64,000 nt of DNA from Phoronis australis (taxonomy: Eukaryota; Animalia; Phoronida), in assembly GCA_002633005.1 (NCBI GenBank), contig NMRA01000041.1, positions 354,954-418,953 on the forward strand, given 5' to 3'. The notes below the pieces were generated by a model. The model ran no database searches, was not told where the DNA came from, and worked only from the letters and a program-made list of their open reading frames with translations. Positions 1-12,426 of this stretch are shown piece by piece (within the stretch, counting starts at the first letter, position 1; each line of letters opens with the position of its first letter). Both the position numbers and the translations under genes were made by a program.

Positions 1-409
1 CATCTTTGGGATCTGAATACTTTTGTTTTACTTGAGTGTGCGTATAGTAAGCACGTTCTATGTCCTGCGAAAACTGAGACATGAACTCCGAGAATTTGCT
101 GAGGTCAATGAAACTCGTTACCCACCAATGTCCCCATGAGCTATAAAATAAATTGGTTTTTTCAAACACTACCCCGTTTTTGACAACGACGCATTGCACA
201 ATACCAGCCAACAACAGTACACCTGTCAGTCGTTGCATTCTTTCTGAAACAACAATAAACCACTGAGTTCGGTTAACTCACTCCTTATACTATCTACAAG
301 TTATACGCAATAGCCATGCCAAGAACTAACTCGGATACCCTTAGATCAGATACGTTACGTACAAGTACCCATGACTAAATCATTTCGGGTAACATTCCCG
401 TTCTTAATA

Positions 410-997
410 TTCAATTATAAGTGTGCTATAAAATATATGGTGCTACTGAAACCTCAAGTTCCTACTTATCGACCATTCTTAAACGTTTCTAACATCATGC
501 GGCATAAATCTAAATAAGCCGCGGAGGAGGTTTGGGTCGGTTTTCTACACTTCCGGTCTCTCCTTTTGCCCAGTCGCGCGATGGCGTTCACGTCCATGGC
601 GTCGTCACGGTCATCTGGGTGTGGTCCCATCGCGATGTCTGCATCCGTCTCGTCGGATGGCATGTATTGTTGGTCGTCTGGTGCAGAGAGGTCCGTCATT
701 GGANTTCAATTATAAGTGTGCTATAAAATATATGGTGCTACTGAAACCTTAAGTTCCTACTTATCGACCATTCTTAAATGTTTCTAACATCATGCGGCAT
801 AAATCTAAATAAGCCGCGGAGGAAGTTTGGGTCGTTTTTCTACACTTCCGGCCTCTTCTTTTGCCCAGTCGCGCGATGGCGTTCACGTCCATGGCGTCGT
901 CACGGTCATCTGAGTGTGGTCCCATCGCGATGTCTGCATCCGTCTCGTCGGACGGCATGTACTGTTGGTCGTCTGGTGCAGAGAGGTCCGTCATTGG
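410..997. repeat. ~295 bp tandem duplication joined by a single N (probable haplotype overlap artefact)
   Basis: 410-702 repeated at 704-997 with few substitutions; N at 703; two near-identical 77 aa ORFs. Confidence 0.85.
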
Positions 998-2503
998 ATT
1001 CGACTCGGCTTTGGCCTCGGGTCCGTCGCTTTCGGATGATGAGGTCCCTCTTCATTTGGCGGAAATGATCCTGTAGACCTTGCTGTGGAGCAATTTCTAC
1101 TTCGTCGTCAGGCACGTCACTTTCTTCGCTAGAACTGGGAGGGACGGCGTAGCGAGCTCTCCTCATTTGTGGATAATCGTCGTCATTCACCTTCCAATCG
1201 TCGATTTGTGCCCATCTCAAGTTGTCAATGTGCGACTTAGTAACCGTCCCATCTAACTGATTCCGGATGACATACGTTTTTCAGACAGTCGTTCTAGGAC
1301 GCGCCAGTAACCTGTCCACTTAGGGTCCAGTTTGCTGGTTTTAGAATTATTTTTAAGGTACACAGGATCGCCAACTTCTAATTCAACTAAAACTCTACCC
1401 TTATTCTCGGTTGCTAGTCTTTTGTTCTGATGGTGTTTTATCACCCGATAAACAGTCCTAAAAACTCTATGTTGGTTTTGTAGGATAACCTTATGTTCTT
1501 CCTCGCCCACGTATTTAGCACGTGGCCGCATTATGTTATGTATAGGAAGTTTAGGATCTCTACCGAACATAAGAAAATAACTGCTATACCCAGTATAATT
1601 GGTATGAAAATTTAAACATGACTCTGCTTGACTGAGGTAAACATCCCATTGTTCTGGATTTTCACGACATAATTTACTCAAAACGTCACCGAGTACTTTG
1701 TGTGATCGTTCGACTCGGCCATTTGCTTTTGGATTGTAGAAACTGGTGGTAACATGCCGAATATTAAATGATTCCAATAAATCTTTTACTGTTTTGTTCA
1801 CAAACTCAGAGCCGTTGTCCGAGACCAAAATGTTCATTATACCGAACCTGCAAAAGGTATCAGTAGTTAGGATTCGTGCAATTGTAGCGGCACTCTTATC
1901 CGGCATCGGATATAACAACGTATAATTTGAGAACCAATCAGTCAGAGTCAAAATATATCGATTACCACTGGGTGATGGTGTCATTGGACCGACACAATCT
2001 ATTGCCACCTGTTGCCAAGGGCCGTTCACAACATTGGACGCCCCTAGCGGAGATTTAACTGCTTTTAGGTTTCGTTCCTGGCAGGTAACGCATTCTGAAA
2101 CATACTTCTCAATGTCTTTAAACAGTCTGGGCCAGAAATAACTGTTTCTAGACGACTGATAGGTCCTATCTATCCCTGCATGTCCTAGATGATCGTGATA
2201 TTGTTTAATGACTAGCGACTGTAAATGTTCAGGGACATACAGACGAATTTTAACATCGCCGTGATCGTCAGAAACATAATACAGGACATTTTCTTTGAGT
2301 AAATACTTATTCCCAATTCTTTTGCTAGGCTTAGGAGACGACAGTTCATCGATTATTGTCCTGCACTCCTGATCTTTCTTTTGTTCCTCCTGCATATTCA
2401 ATTCTAATTTAGGCATTTGCAATTCAGAGGTAAGATCAGGTATAGGAGGACTCTCCATTGCGTGAGACTTAGGATCTATTCTGCTGTTATCTACTACTAA
2501 CAT
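906..2503 (-). pseudogene. Gypsy integrase (HHCC + DDE) with frameshifted C-terminal tail
   Basis: HDHLGH...CVTC; IDCVGP, SDNGSEF, VERSH; restoring one A at ~1277-1281 gives SEKTYVIRNQLDGTVTKSHIDNLRW continuing into ORF 906-1220. Confidence 0.9.
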
Positions 2504-4778
2504 TAACCTGTGCTATGGGAGCCTGAACCTCGAAAGTTCTATCATCTATATCTAAAGTCTCCTCGTCAATCGCATTATCATCGTTGGAGGGCGCTCTGCT
2601 TAGCAAGTCAGCTATTGTGTTATCCTTACCCGGAATATGTTTAATTTCAACATCATAAGCCGAGATGAGTACCGACCATTGCGCTACTTTCTTATTTTGT
2701 ATGTCGCTTTTAAGCAAATAAATGAGGGGCATATGGTCCGTGGAAAGCGTGATTTTGGAATTGTAAATGTAGTGTTCAAATTTCTTAAGGGCCATCAATA
2801 CTGCGAAACATTCCTTTTCGATGGTTGCCCAACGCTTTTGCGTGTCAGTCAGTTTTTGCGACATGAAGTAGATAGGTTTTTCAACACTCTCGATTGGACA
2901 CTTTTGTACCAAACAGGCCCCAATTGCAAAATCACGTGCATCAGTGTACATAATATAACTTAATTTGGGATCAGGATAATTTAGCATCGGAACGGCGGAA
3001 AGGTGATCTTTGATAAATTTGAAAGCGTGTTCGCATTCGGATGTCCATTTAAATCTGGCATACTTCTTGGTAAGTTCAGTCAATGGGGTCATAATGCCCG
3101 CCAAATTTGGGATAAATCTCCGATAGTATGACAGGATCCCTTGTAGTGCCCCCACCTCTTTCACGGTGGTTGGTCGTTTCATTGATCTAATAGCCGAAAT
3201 TTTGGCTGGGTCGGGGCGGATCCCTTCTTTATCTACTATGAAACCAAGATAGCTCGTTTGAGGCTTGAGAAATTGGCATTTGGACAATTTCAACTTCAAA
3301 TTGTGTTTTCTGAGGCGTTGGAAAACGATTTTCAGATGTTCGACGTGTTCAGTGACACTTTTACTGTAAATAATGCAATCATCGATATAGGCTCGAGCAA
3401 AAGGGAGTCCCTCTAAAACAATTGACATGAGTTCCTGGAAAAAACTGGGACTATTGCAAAGTCCGAATGACATAACTTGAAACTGGTACAGATTGTGACC
3501 AGCAGAAAACCCTGGAGAAAAGGCGGTCTTTTCCTTGTCATTAGGGTGCATTTGAATTTGCCAGAAACCACTACGTAAGTCTAATGAACTGTAAATACAA
3601 GAACCCTTCAGATCGTTCAATATGTCATCAAGTTTTGGTAGGAAAAACAAATAACCCTTAGTCACACTATTCAGTTTTCTATAATCTACGCAAAACCTCA
3701 CACTACCATCCTTCTTAGTTACCAATACTATAGGTGAACAAAAGTTGGATCTAGAAGGTTCTATGACTTTTGCCGAAAGCATTTTATCCACCGCTTCTTT
3801 AGCTATTTGCTGTTTCGCTATCGGAAGTCGATATGGCCTCTGCTTGACAACTGTGCCGTCTGGCACGTCTATGCGCATTTGTACAGTGCTCGTTCTCCCT
3901 AAATCGAGGTCTGTTGCCACGAAAACATTGCTATTCTGCCTTAACAATTCTTTTACTAAGCTATTATATTCATCTGGTGTATCAATTTCGGATAAGTCTA
4001 ACTCTTGTTTACTCACTGACTGGATTGAGGCTGGTTTATCTAATACACTAACTATGTTTACATTGCGTAACTCTTCAACCTGTCCTACCGCAACTCCTCG
4101 TTTTATTTTGATGTATCGGCCAGAATTGTTGATTATTTCTACCGGGAATTTACCAGCCTTGCCCGGCTTTATCACTGCGTTTGAAATGGACAATCCAGGT
4201 TCTGAATTTAGGAATCCGGTTGTTAAAGGTGACACTTGGAAGATTTGTTGCCTTTTACTACCCCTGGCTGTGCAGCTTCTGGCTCGACATGCAACCTTGG
4301 AATAAGGTCTAACTATAATTTCTTTGATTACTCTAACATAAGATTTAACCAGTGAATCCTGAATTAGGGGTGTATAAAATTCTCTTATCCTTAACATTCT
4401 AAGATCAAAATAGACACGACAATTATTCTTGTGAAGAAAGTCTTTCCCAATTATCATTCTTCTATTCACATCTCGGATCACTACAAATTCATGTTTGAGA
4501 ATATTGTTTCCAATTTTTAAGTTCAACAGGACACAAGCGAGAACATTCAAACGTTGATTATTTGCTGTCTGAACTACAGGTTTTCGTTTGACTATTTCTA
4601 CTAAGCCTTTTCGCTTAAGCTCCTCAAATGTAACCTCCGATATAACGGATATTACAGCACCCGAGTCTATTAATGCCCTGACTCGTGTCTGTCCCACCTG
4701 TACTTGAATACTATCCTCGCTTCCCAAAAACCACAAAGTTACAACATCATCCCGCGGAAGCTCTCGAGTCAGTGCACG
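2487..4778 (-). pseudogene. pol: Gypsy Pol: aspartic protease, reverse transcriptase, RNase H
   Basis: LIDSGA protease motif; RFCVDYRKLN, LDLRSGFWQI, YIDD RT motifs; YTDA..AIGA, EKEC, TDHMPL, IADLLSR RNase H motifs; frameshift before integrase. Confidence 0.93.
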
Positions 4779-5179
4779 TTAGTTTCCCTGGGGTTTGGCA
4801 TCGTTTGGCGTGGTATCAGCGGGGCTTGGGTTGCCGGTGTAGTTAACTGGATTTTGATTTGCCCGGGCAGCTAAAAACCTTTTAAAACTGAAACAGTCAC
4901 GTTTCATGTGACCAGGTTTTTTGCAAAAGAAACATCTGATCGGTTCTTTTTCTAGGGCGTTGACGGTTCTGGGCCGCGCCCGACAGTCCCTTGTTCTATG
5001 ATTTGTTCTGTTGCAAATTCTACATCTTTGAGGAGGGGCTATTTTGTCAACGTCCATGGGGCTGATTTCCCTGTTATCGCCCGGTTTTAAATTCATTCGT
5101 GTCCATAGATGTATTTCTTGGACAGCAACTTTAAGGGCGTCTCTGAAAGTTGTTGGGCCTGAACGTAGGACGTGTTCTC
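4779..5179 (-). CDS. gag: Gypsy Gag C-terminal part with two CCHC zinc knuckles
   Basis: CRICNRTNHRTRDC and CFFCKKPGHMKRDC; PMDVD motif; ends QGN-TAA. Confidence 0.9.
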
Positions 5180-6366
5180 NNNNNNNNNNNNNNNNNNNNN
5201 NNNNNNNNNNNNNNNNNNNNNNNNNNNNNNNNNNNNNNNNNNNNNNNNNNNNNNNNNNNNNNNNNNNNNNNNNNNNNNNNNNNNNNNNNNNNNNNNNNNN
5301 NNNNNNNNNNNNNNNNNNNNNNNNNNNNNNNNNNNNNNNNNNNNNNNNNNNNNNNNNNNNNNNNNNNNNNNNNNNNNNNNNNNNNNNNNNNNNNNNNNNN
5401 NNNNNNNNNNNNNNNNNNNNNNNNNNNNNNNNNNNNNNNNNNNNNNNNNNNNNNNNNNNNNNNNNNNNNNNNNNNNNNNNNNNNNNNNNNNNNNNNNNNN
5501 NNNNNNNNNNNNNNNNNNNNNNNNNNNNNNNNNNNNNNNNNNNNNNNNNNNNNNNNNNNNNNNNNNNNNNNNNNNNNNNNNNNNNNNNNNNNNNNNNAAG
5601 TAAAACAACACACGAATACTTTAACAATAGAATACGTCTATTAATTTGCAGCGTTGTGATTTACAAATTAAAGATTACAATAAGTTGTGAGACTGACGAC
5701 TAACTGATTGAGACAAGATATCCCTACTAGAAAACTACTAATCAACAGTGCCACTGGTTCCCGTAGCTACCGCACACGTTAACACAAAACAAGTCACAAG
5801 AGAACTAACCCTCCAGAACAATCACTAGCCGGTTCAAATTGACTAACAGGCTGAGACCAACGCCCGTGATAAATGTCTATACCTCAGATGTTCTTTTCCC
5901 CTTGACTCTTGGTCACTGAAGTTGTTCGTCTGGCCCCGGCTTCGTCTTAGAAGTTTGAAGGTTATCTTCCAGCTCTGGAGTCGTGCCCCGTAGTCTGCAG
6001 TTTTGATCTAAGGTGGATCCAGTCTGCCCTGGTCTCGAGAGCCAGTGCTTTAAATACTAAACTAAGTGGCATCACGGATGGACCCACTCTATATGTACAT
6101 ATATGTCCATCTCTCTATGACGAGCTGAATATAACGAACTAACTGACCACACGATGGACTCACTCTGCATGTACATATATGTCCATCTCCCTATAACTCA
6201 AAATTCCAGCATAGCTGTCACTATTCCCGTATTATTGCATAACTGCCTCTATTTCTGGGTTTTCAACATCAGAGCACTATCCCTGGATTTAACTACCTCA
6301 GAGATAGCATATCCCCTGAAATTTATTGCACATGGAGGGCATAGCCTCATTATATTACACCTTTAA

Positions 6367-6819
6367 ATTCAGTACACGCTGACAGTAAGTTCATTATAGG
6401 CAGAACTCCGACAGTTCACTACTCTGATTGTGTGAGCACGACTCATTCTCAAGCAGAGACAACATCTGGGGCACAGCTTGGGCGACCAACATCAGTTTCA
6501 AATTTAAGAAGACTAAATGGGACTCTCTGATATCATGAAATCTGGCAAGGACAGGGTGGCCTACTAGCTTCATTTAATTTCGACCCGGCCTTGTATGTCG
6601 CACTGTAATTTGATCTTGACATGGACTTGATGAATTGTGTCATGGCTGATAATGCATGGGGAGTCCCATTTAGCCTTCTTAAATTTGAAACCGCCGTTCG
6701 TTGCCCCAGCCATGCCCCAGATGTTGTCTCTGCTTGAGAATGAGTCATGCTCACATAATCAGAGTAGTGAACTGTCGGAGTTCTGCCTATAATGAACTTA
6801 CTGTCAGCGTATACTGAAT
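6367..6819. mobile_element. Foldback/MITE with ~160 bp terminal inverted repeats flanked by TTAA
   Basis: attcagtacacgctgacagtaagttc...gggactc (6367-~6526) inverted at ~6661-6819; TTAA at 6363-6366 and 6820-6823. Confidence 0.75.
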
Positions 6820-6823
6820 TTAA

Positions 6824-7100
6824 AGGAACAGAAACATTCAAACGTGTAAACGCATGCATGTCAATCCACCAATCCACAATTGAAGTGGACACTGGATGAA
6901 CAACATATTTGCATATTTGACGATCACTTTGAATTCAAAATTTGAAAATGCCTACTTTTAACAGTTCTACCGTACTATGCTTGCAATTAAACCAAAATAG
7001 ACGAATAACAAATCTCAATTTTCTGCTGTTTTGTTTCTTGGCCGAGTTTAAGCATTCACACCGCACTACTTTTTGGGAGCTCTCTGGCTGCTTTGTACAA
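6824..7100 (+). repeat. Dispersed repeat, second copy at ~47600-48030
   Basis: Shared catgcatgtcaa..cacaat..aagtggaca and cattcacaccgcactactttttgg. Confidence 0.6.
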
Positions 7101-7530
7101 AACATGTAGCTTACTTAAGTCAAAGGGCCAGACTTTTATGTTTAGGTATCTGGACTCACTTGTTACACACAGTGAATATTTTGCAACTGGTTTCATGCGG
7201 TAACCTCCTGGATTGATCTAGTTCAATTTTTTACCTTGTTTATAACCATCTGGCTGATACTCCCCATCACTGAAATTGTATGGCAGTGACCAATTTTGAT
7301 ACAGTGGATTACGTAGTAGGTACCACGGCAGTTTGAAGTGGTTACCAGAAAAGTAGATCTAGCTCAATTTTTGAGTGTCATCTTCTTGGCTCCCCTGACC
7401 ACACCCACCAGGGTGAACCTGCCAGACGGCTATTTCCAAGCATTAGGGTACACACAGGGCACTGTGGCACCAAAGAAAATTGGCAACCTTTTCATGCCCA
7501 AAAAAGCTCTGGGATCCCGGTCTATACCTC

Positions 7531-8665
7531 AGGCTGTATCTTCAAAAGTTCTGAGCGTATTTTCAGAAAATTTGGTATATTGGCTCCTGTCAGTGAGATG
7601 ACACTGTCCTCCCGTTTTGTGATGGATTCAATGTAGTTTGTGCCACCTAGTGGCCATTTTTACTGTTTTCGAGTCTTGTTTTTTTGCGTCCACCCCTCTA
7701 TCAACCAAACCACTCAAAGGATGATTGTGAAAATTAGCACCTATGTTCTGACTATGAAGTGGGCGGCTGACGATGATTTTCCAATGATTTCGACTACTGT
7801 GGCGCCTCGTAGTGGCAGTTTTTTTTGCATCTATGGCTGTATCTTCTAAACCGTTAGAAGGATCTTTACTAAATTTTGTAAGTGTATTTCTATCATGTTG
7901 ACAACGGACGACAACGACTTTCGGACGGATCTGATTACTGGTGTGCCACGTAGTTGCAATTTCATGTTTTTACGTTTTCCTCTGTATGTTCAAAGGTCCT
8001 CAACGTATTTTCATAAAATTTGGCATACAATCATCTGTTATTGAGGTAACGCTATCTCTCTGGTGGATTTGACCTAGTTTTCGCCACCTAGTGGCCACTT
8101 TTACTGTTTTCGAGTATGTTTTTTGGCGTCCACTCGTCTATCAACCAAACCGCTTTCAGGACAATTGTGAAAATTGGCATGTATGTTTTTACTATGAAGT
8201 GGATGGCTGACAATGATTTTCTGACGATTTTAACTACTGAGTGGTGTCTCCTAGTGGCAGATTTGTTTTTTTGCGCTTATAGCTGTATCTACTAAAGTGT
8301 TTGCAGGATCTTTGCTTAATTTAACAAGTATATTTATATGATGTTGACAACGAATGACGACGACTTTCTCACAGATCTGATTTTTGGTGTGCCCCCTAGT
8401 GGCAATTTTAGTTTTTATGTTTACCAGTCTGTATATTCAAAGGTCCGACAACAGATTTTCATGAAATTTTGAATATAGGCATCTATTGGTGAGATGACGC
8501 GGTCATCCTGTTTTTCGATGGAATTGGGGTATTTTACGCCACCTGGTGGACATTTTTGATGTTTTCAAATCTTGTTTTTGGCGTTCTCCCCTCGATCAAC
8601 CAAATCATTCTGGGGATGGTTTTGAAAATTGGCTGATATGTTTTCAGTGTGAAGATTTTAGTGAC
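7531..8665 (+). repeat. Truncated HINE-like satellite array (~450 bp higher-order unit of ~150 bp CCTAGTGGC subrepeats)
   Basis: Unit landmark tttt.ctgttttc recurs at ~7657, ~8099, ~8553; same family as 36.3-39.2 kb. Confidence 0.75.
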
Positions 8666-9043
8666 TACAAAATGTGTAAGAAATGTAACGGTCACCGAAA
8701 GAGTTTCTTCATTACAACTGCTTAAACAGAGGCACCTCTGGTAAAAATGTGAAATTTACATGGGTTTATGATAAACCACCTCGTATTATATCAATGAATG
8801 AAATCATTTTGAAAATGAATTAATGCCAGACCTCCTTGAAATGATATTGGTGGAAAGTGCTGTTTTTGGCACAACTGTAAAATTCGATGATTGTTGTTCT
8901 TGCATTTGCATCGCATTGTCAATTTGTATACAGACATGTTTTTTGTTTATTCATTGCTTTTATTCAAGAAATCCTCTGACAGTTGCATTGTACCAAAGAG
9001 GCTTGTTCCTGCCACTCACAAAATCTTAATTTTGCATTTTCAG

Positions 9044-10065
9044 AATAAATCCTTGTCAAAGGTGCCACTTAAATCTAGCCACAATGCATCTTCAAGGAAG
9101 TCATTAAGCAAGCTTGAATTAAAAGTGACATATTCAGAGGACAGAGCTCAGATTAAGAGGGAAAAGATGTCAAAGGCTTTTGACACGTCTATAAGTGATG
9201 AAAATGAACATTCTGGTGATGTTGCTTTGAACAGCACTATTGGTGCTTTGCCTGACAAAAAACATTTAAAACTACCCAATGTGTCACTGTCTAGACTAAA
9301 AACAACGCCTTCTTGGAAGGGTGGATCACAAAGCAATGGTCACGTTTTTAAGACTGGACGCCTCGCAGTGCCACCTGGCTGGTTGAATGTGAATTACAAT
9401 AACAATGCTACTGAAAATTTGAAGTCAAAAGATGAACAAATTTCACACGATACTGAAACAACCGCTTTTGAAATCAAATCTGTAAATTTGGGGAACAGAT
9501 TTCCAGTGAACAGAAATGATGAACATTTTTGCCAGGAAAGAAGTTACGACAACATGGAGTTAGTTGATAACTCTGGTGACTGTAAAGATGTGAAAGTTAA
9601 GGATATTCATCCTTCTTTGAAAAACTCTTCTACTGCTGACCTTGATAGAAAGGAAGGATTAAAACAGTTTTTGTCAAATGAATTTAAAACGGAGAAGATG
9701 TTGTCAGAACGGATATTTACTGAGTCTTGCTTTGTAGATGTTGGCAGAGGTCACACCCGAGTCAATGAGTCAAAAAGTGGAAATGGCTTGAATACTAATG
9801 AGCTTTCCTGTTGTAGTTCATTAGTTAAAGGAGACTTGTCCTTTGCTGATTGCAATGCAGAAAAGAGTGCACAAAAGATCCCCCCTTTCACTGAATCTGT
9901 TGCTGAAAATAATGTTCATAATGATTCAAGCAAGGGCACAGCTGAGAAAACATCAGCCAGTGACAAACGAAAGAGAACCGAAACTACGAAATCTGATGTG
10001 CCCTCCTCAAAAAAGATCAAGACTGTGGCTGCTGATGGTAGTAGTGGAAAGGTAACATCATCCAG
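9044..10065 (+). CDS. RECQL4: RECQL4 exon (first seen in window; long low-complexity N-terminal region)
   Basis: ttttcag acceptor; open frame; AG|gtgag donor (phase 2) matches next exon; identity inferred from splicing continuity. Confidence 0.7.
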
Positions 10066-10602
10066 GTGAGAGATTACTGTCTGGTAATCTAGTCTGGGGA
10101 TTTCTCAATTTCAAAGGCATCACATATATTAAAGATGCTTATGTACCTGGTTTGCCTTTAAAAATAACTTTGGTTTAACCCCTTGCTGTTGTACATTAAA
10201 TATCAGTTTGATACTTACTCAGATGAGAATTGAATCTGTGTATTGGAAAGAATTGATGGTTTGTTATTGCTGGAGATTTTGCGCTTTCGGTTGGGTTGAT
10301 AGAGATCCACAATGCAAGCAATATGGCAGTGATATCTCCATCTAGCATTCAGTAAGTGAACTAACCAACTTTCAGTGCATAAAATGACCAGTGATGGGGT
10401 GTTTATAGATGCCAGTAATGTGAATATACCTTCAGATTAATAGTATCCAGTAAAGAGCTTTTCTTTTAAATTATGACTTCAGGTTGACAAGACACTGGAT
10501 GTAACTGGCAAATCCTGTCATTTATATCTTATTATGGCATATTGATGCTTTTTTGTTAAAAATGGATTTTATCTTTACTAAAATCTCTGTGCACATTGCT
10601 AG

Positions 10603-10787
10603 CACCAATGCGGGCAACTATGTGATGCTCAACATGAAGTGTAAAAAGTACAAGTGTAAGGGTGGTGCAGGGCCGAAGGTCAAGGGCAGTCGGTACAAAC
10701 GGCAGCAGTGGAAACAAAAACAGAAACAGACAGCATGTTTTCATTGTGGTGAGGAGGGCCACTGGGTGAACAAATGTCCAAAGAAAG
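10603..10787 (+). CDS. RECQL4: RECQL4 exon with NYVMLNMK motif and CCHC zinc knuckle
   Basis: tag|C acceptor; CFHCGEEGHWVNKC; G|gtgtgt donor. Confidence 0.88.
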
Positions 10788-11069
10788 GTGTGTTTACGCT
10801 ACTTATCTTATTCAACTCTGTGTTAAAAAGTGTTGAATAGTTAAATCATTGATAGGGTAGCAGCGGACTTGCTTTCATTGTGCTGAGGGAAGTTACCTAA
10901 TGTGTTAATAAAATTAGAATTCTAAGTTGAAAATTGACAAATTCAAAATTGAGACAGCTGAAGTAGAACTACTATTACTTGATCCATACCAATATAACTG
11001 GATTCATGCTCACGGTGAGGCATCAGTGTTCAAATAACTCTTGAAATAAAGGTTGCTGCCTATCGGATC

Positions 11070-11228
11070 GGCAGCGTGGTTAAATTTGAGAACCTAGTTT
11101 TCGGGCCCGTGCTGGGCCCCTCGTCTCAGTACTGGCGACAATTTCCGTGTCGGGTGGCCACCACCAGTACTCTGACGGAGGGCCCAGGACTGGCCTGAAA
11201 GTTAGATCTCAAATAATACCAGGCTGCC
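11070..11228. repeat. Imperfect palindrome with two inverted hammerhead-like cores (Penelope-like remnant)
   Basis: ctgacggagggcccaggactggcctgaaa on + and a mirrored copy on -. Confidence 0.5.
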
Positions 11229-11675
11229 ATACAGAACAAGTTATGAACATTCATTCCACCAAATATTTCTTATGATACAAGTTTCATTACATAGTGTCAC
11301 TACAAAATAATTCTGTGAATTTTAGAAGACTGAGTGATATTTAAAGTATAAAATGCAGGTTCAAGTCGTGCTTGTCATAACGCTGTCATAATGTTACACG
11401 GGAGTACGATATTTATTATTCTTTGTTCACAGATTTGGCTCAACAAGTTTACTAACATTTGTAATTTAGGATAGTTTAATGCTGGATTTTCCCCAGAACT
11501 AAGAGTGATGTACTAATTGTAGCTAAAGAAACGGTCAAGTAAAAGTTACAGTAGTTTTTTGGTGGGTTTAGTTTGAGTTCCTCTATCTACTGTTTGCGGT
11601 TAAAGCACAACCTTTCTTTGTTCTATGTTTTTTGTTGCGTTTCACAAGTACTGATGCAATGGCTTTACCTTACAG

Positions 11676-11801
11676 TGGGTGAAAGATTTGGCGGCGACGG
11701 ACAAGAGCTGCCGAGTGTGAAAGACGAAGAGTTTCCTTCTATACGAGAGGCCATTAATAAATCGCGTGGAATTTGTTCTCAGCAGCAGACCCTCACAGAA
11801 G
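11676..11801 (+). CDS. RECQL4: RECQL4 exon
   Basis: ttacag acceptor, phase 1-1, VGERFGG...FPSIREA; gttaat donor. Confidence 0.75.
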
Positions 11802-12426
11802 GTTAATGTTGAACAGTGATTCAGGCTTGTAGGTCTGTTGTAATTGGAGCCATTTGTATCTGACCCACACTGGTCTCGGATAAAAAAATGGTTTCGGTTT
11901 TGAGGTGGCAGTGTTTAAATAAAGATTGAAAAACTTTGTTATTATTTTATTTAAATGCTGTATTTGATTAGAAAGAAAAAACAATACCTGCTTATTTGGT
12001 AAAGACGACTTGATGGCCTTCATAACAAATTATTTGGTAATGGAAACCTGTTTTCATACTCATTAAATGTTTGTCTCATTTTGGTCTTCATGGCAACTTT
12101 CCTTTCAAAATAATAATATAAAAATTGACGTAGTAAGTATATGTGAGTTCTCTTTCTTCTGAAAACCATATGTACAACATAGTGACTTGTGAGTCTTACC
12201 CAAAGTCATCTTATGGGAAATGAACATTCTGTCAGATGTGACTGCTTGCAAGATTTGATTTACTCAATGCTCGACTTAATTTCAGCTACTTAACAATATC
12301 CTGTGAGTGTGCTATATTTGGGATAAGCTCATTTCTCCCATTCTGGTATTATCATCTCGATTTTATTTTTATCTGTTTCAAGGGCTCGAAAACCGCGTGC
12401 AGTAATCATTGTTGCTTTGATTTGTA

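Larger units (their letters stand above)
761..5179 (-). mobile_element. Ty3/Gypsy LTR retrotransposon internal region, degenerate; 5' part lost in N gap 5180-5597
   Basis: gag then PR-RT-RNaseH-IN order; frameshifts at ~2495-2503 and ~1277-1281; LTR pair not identified. Confidence 0.95.

Noticed and set aside
2637-4305. Plus-strand ORFs of 108 and 186 aa
   Set aside because: Antisense shadows of pol
5044-5703. Long ORFs spanning the N run
   Set aside because: Artefacts of the assembly gap 5180-5597
5598-6250. Possible 5' LTR of the Gypsy element
   Set aside because: No matching second LTR, PBS or clear TG..CA ends visible
10051-10052. Alternative donor AAG|gtaac for the large exon
   Set aside because: Phase 0 does not match the phase 2 acceptor at 10603
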